38,506 nucleotides of DNA. It comes from Octopus bimaculoides (Eukaryota). A model generated the notes under the pieces. The model did not search any database. It saw only the letters and a program-made list of their open reading frames with translations, and had not been told where the DNA came from. The stretch covers positions 6,822,906 to 6,861,411 of the forward strand of contig NC_068984.1 in the NCBI RefSeq assembly GCF_001194135.2, written 5' to 3'. The number at the start of each line of letters is the position of its first letter. Within the stretch, counting starts at the first letter, position 1. Shown here one piece after another: positions 36,514 to 38,506 of this stretch. The translations under genes and the position numbers were made by a program.

Positions 36514-36742
36514 CTTTACTTGTTTCAGTCATTTGACTGCGGCCATGTTGGAGCACCGCCTTTAGTCGAGCCCACCTTTAGTCGAGCAAATCGACCCCAG
36601 GACTTATTTTTGTAAGCCTAGTACTTATTCTATCGGTTTCTTTTGCCGGACCACTAAGTTACGAGGACGTAAACACACCAGCATCGGTTGTCAAGCGAAG
36701 TTGGGGAGACAAACACAGACACACAAACATATACACACACAA

Positions 36743-36793
<51 letters not shown>

Positions 36794-36969
36794 CATATAT
36801 ATTCGACGGGCTTCTTTCAGTTTCCGTCTACCAAATCCACTCACAATTGGGTTTGGTCGGCCCGAGGCTATAGTAGAAGACACATGCCCAAGGTGCCACG
36901 TATTGGGACTGAACCCAGAACCATGTGGTTAGTAAGCAAACTACTTACCACACGGCCACTCCTGCGCCT
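36514..36969 (-). mobile_element. SINE family A, full length and the best-preserved copy
   Basis: Reverse complement starts aggcgcaggagtggccgtgtggtaagtagtttgcttactaaccacatggttctgggttcagtccc (A and B boxes). It has an internal CA/TA tract and a short tandem duplication (cctttagtcgagc twice). Confidence 0.95.
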
Positions 36970-37109
36970 GATGAACATAGACAATAAAACAGAGAAATAA
37001 CTGGTTTCACTCACAGATATCTACGCACTGATACCAGTAACGTATAAGAACATATATACTTAAACATATACACACATATACACAAATACACAAACCTACA
37101 ATATCTATC

Positions 37110-37117
37110 CACACACA

Positions 37118-37210
<93 letters not shown>
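37110..37210 (+). repeat. (CA)n microsatellite, about 100 bp
   Basis: Directly visible. Confidence 0.95.
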
Positions 37211-37212
<2 letters not shown>

Positions 37213-38171
37213 ATCAATATCTACCTACAGACACACTTATACACTGTTAGTGTTACATCGTTGAAGCTAAATTTATTAGTCACAAGATAAACCGACATCG
37301 TCTCATAAATTCCTGTTTTGGTTGTTGTTGTTGCTGTTGCTTTCATTGATTTGTTGTTGTTGCTGTAACTGTTGACGTTCCTGTTGCCGGTGCTGTTGTT
37401 TTTGCTGTTGTTGCTTTTGTTCCTGTAGTTATTGTTTACTTCCAAGTGACCACTCCACCGACCATGCACAATGTTTCCGGTAAATTTAGCGTCACGTTAC
37501 ATAATCTGTCCTTTCAGAATTAAGACAACGAGAGTACAATCTAATGGGAATTTGGCTATGATTTCTTGCAAGATGAACAACCACATAAAGGTTCTCTCCT
37601 CGGTTCATTTCTACGTCTGTAAATCTACATTAGCGTTTTTATTAAGCTCTTGCAATCCTTGAATTCATCCGCCTGATCGCTGCCGATGTTTATTGTAATC
37701 AACTTCGATATTGATCGCGCCATCTGCCTGGGGAAGCATCAGTTGCAAGAGTAGATCCAGCAGCTCGGTAAACGAGAGCCTACTGTTATATCTCAATGAG
37801 TTACGAGCAGAATGGAAGGTCAGAGGTCGTTCATAGCTAAGCGGAGATATAATATCCAAGAAACAGTACGAAGAACCGATATAAAAACAGGACGGAATAG
37901 TTTCTGTCGTTTGTGATAACTAACTGCTCGTTGGCAACTGTAGATCACAGCTGAAATTGGCTTCTTATGTCATGTTGAAACAATAAACATTCCAAAACAG
38001 CAGGAAAGGTCAGCGCAGTGCAAACATTTCTCTATTTTAGCACTTTCCCCACATTCTTTGTCTTAATATCTTTGTTAATGGAAATCTATTAAGTGCTATT
38101 TCAACCATAAATTGATCTCCCTCGTAAGAAATCACGACAAATATGAAAGACGAGAGCGCATGCCTGTTGTT

Positions 38172-38309
38172 TTAAATCATAGAATAGCCTATCCTTGATT
38201 CCAGATATCTGGCTTCAATATTTCTCTCGTCAATATCGTATTTGACTCCTTCCAGGCCCTGCTCCTTCAGAATGATATTTCGTTCCCTCTTCCACTTTTC
38301 AAACTCGTT
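38172..38309 (-). other. Protein-like open segment (NEFEKWKRERNIILKEQGLEGVKYDIDERNIEARYLESRIGYSMI*): terminal exon or decayed ORF
   Basis: 45 open codons after an AG, with charged, protein-like composition. The pyrimidine tract is weak and no family was recognised. Confidence 0.3.
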
Positions 38310-38435
38310 CTATATTTAATGTGTCTAACAAAGTCTCGCTTAAATTTCTGTTTTTCATCAGTTCTACAATTATTTTATTTTGATAAACTAAAGATTTCGG
38401 TGTACTTCAAACCAAACAATTATTTTTTAAACACA

Positions 38436-38439
<4 letters not shown>

Positions 38440-38506
<67 letters not shown>
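38440..38506 (+). repeat. (TTA)n running off the window end
   Basis: Directly visible. Confidence 0.95.

Overview
AT-rich, repeat-saturated animal genomic DNA with about 5.3 kb (about 14%) of N gaps in 12 blocks, most of them abutting (TA)n or other simple repeats. The SINE families and microsatellite density look like an octopus (coleoid cephalopod) short-read assembly. That assignment is my inference from sequence memory, not a database result. I found no confidently identifiable intact host gene: nearly all ORFs in the supplied track are translations of microsatellites or N-runs. What is supportable: (i) about 20 copies or fragments of four tRNA-derived SINE families; (ii) decayed coding remnants of six autonomous element types (R4/Dong-like and CRE-like RLE non-LTR retrotransposons, an RTE-like LINE 3' end with three C2H2 fingers, a Ty3/Gypsy pol with its RT core deleted, a pogo/Tigger HTH and a mariner 5' end); (iii) Penelope-type repeats carrying degenerate minimal hammerhead ribozyme motifs; (iv) four long inverted-repeat/foldback elements; and (v) a few low-confidence candidate exons and promoter-like CpG patches. 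I did not find evidence for a new multi-gene system. The most interesting leads are the hammerhead remnants, the long ungapped hairpins (possible ADAR/siRNA substrates), and apparent target-site preferences of two retroelement families.
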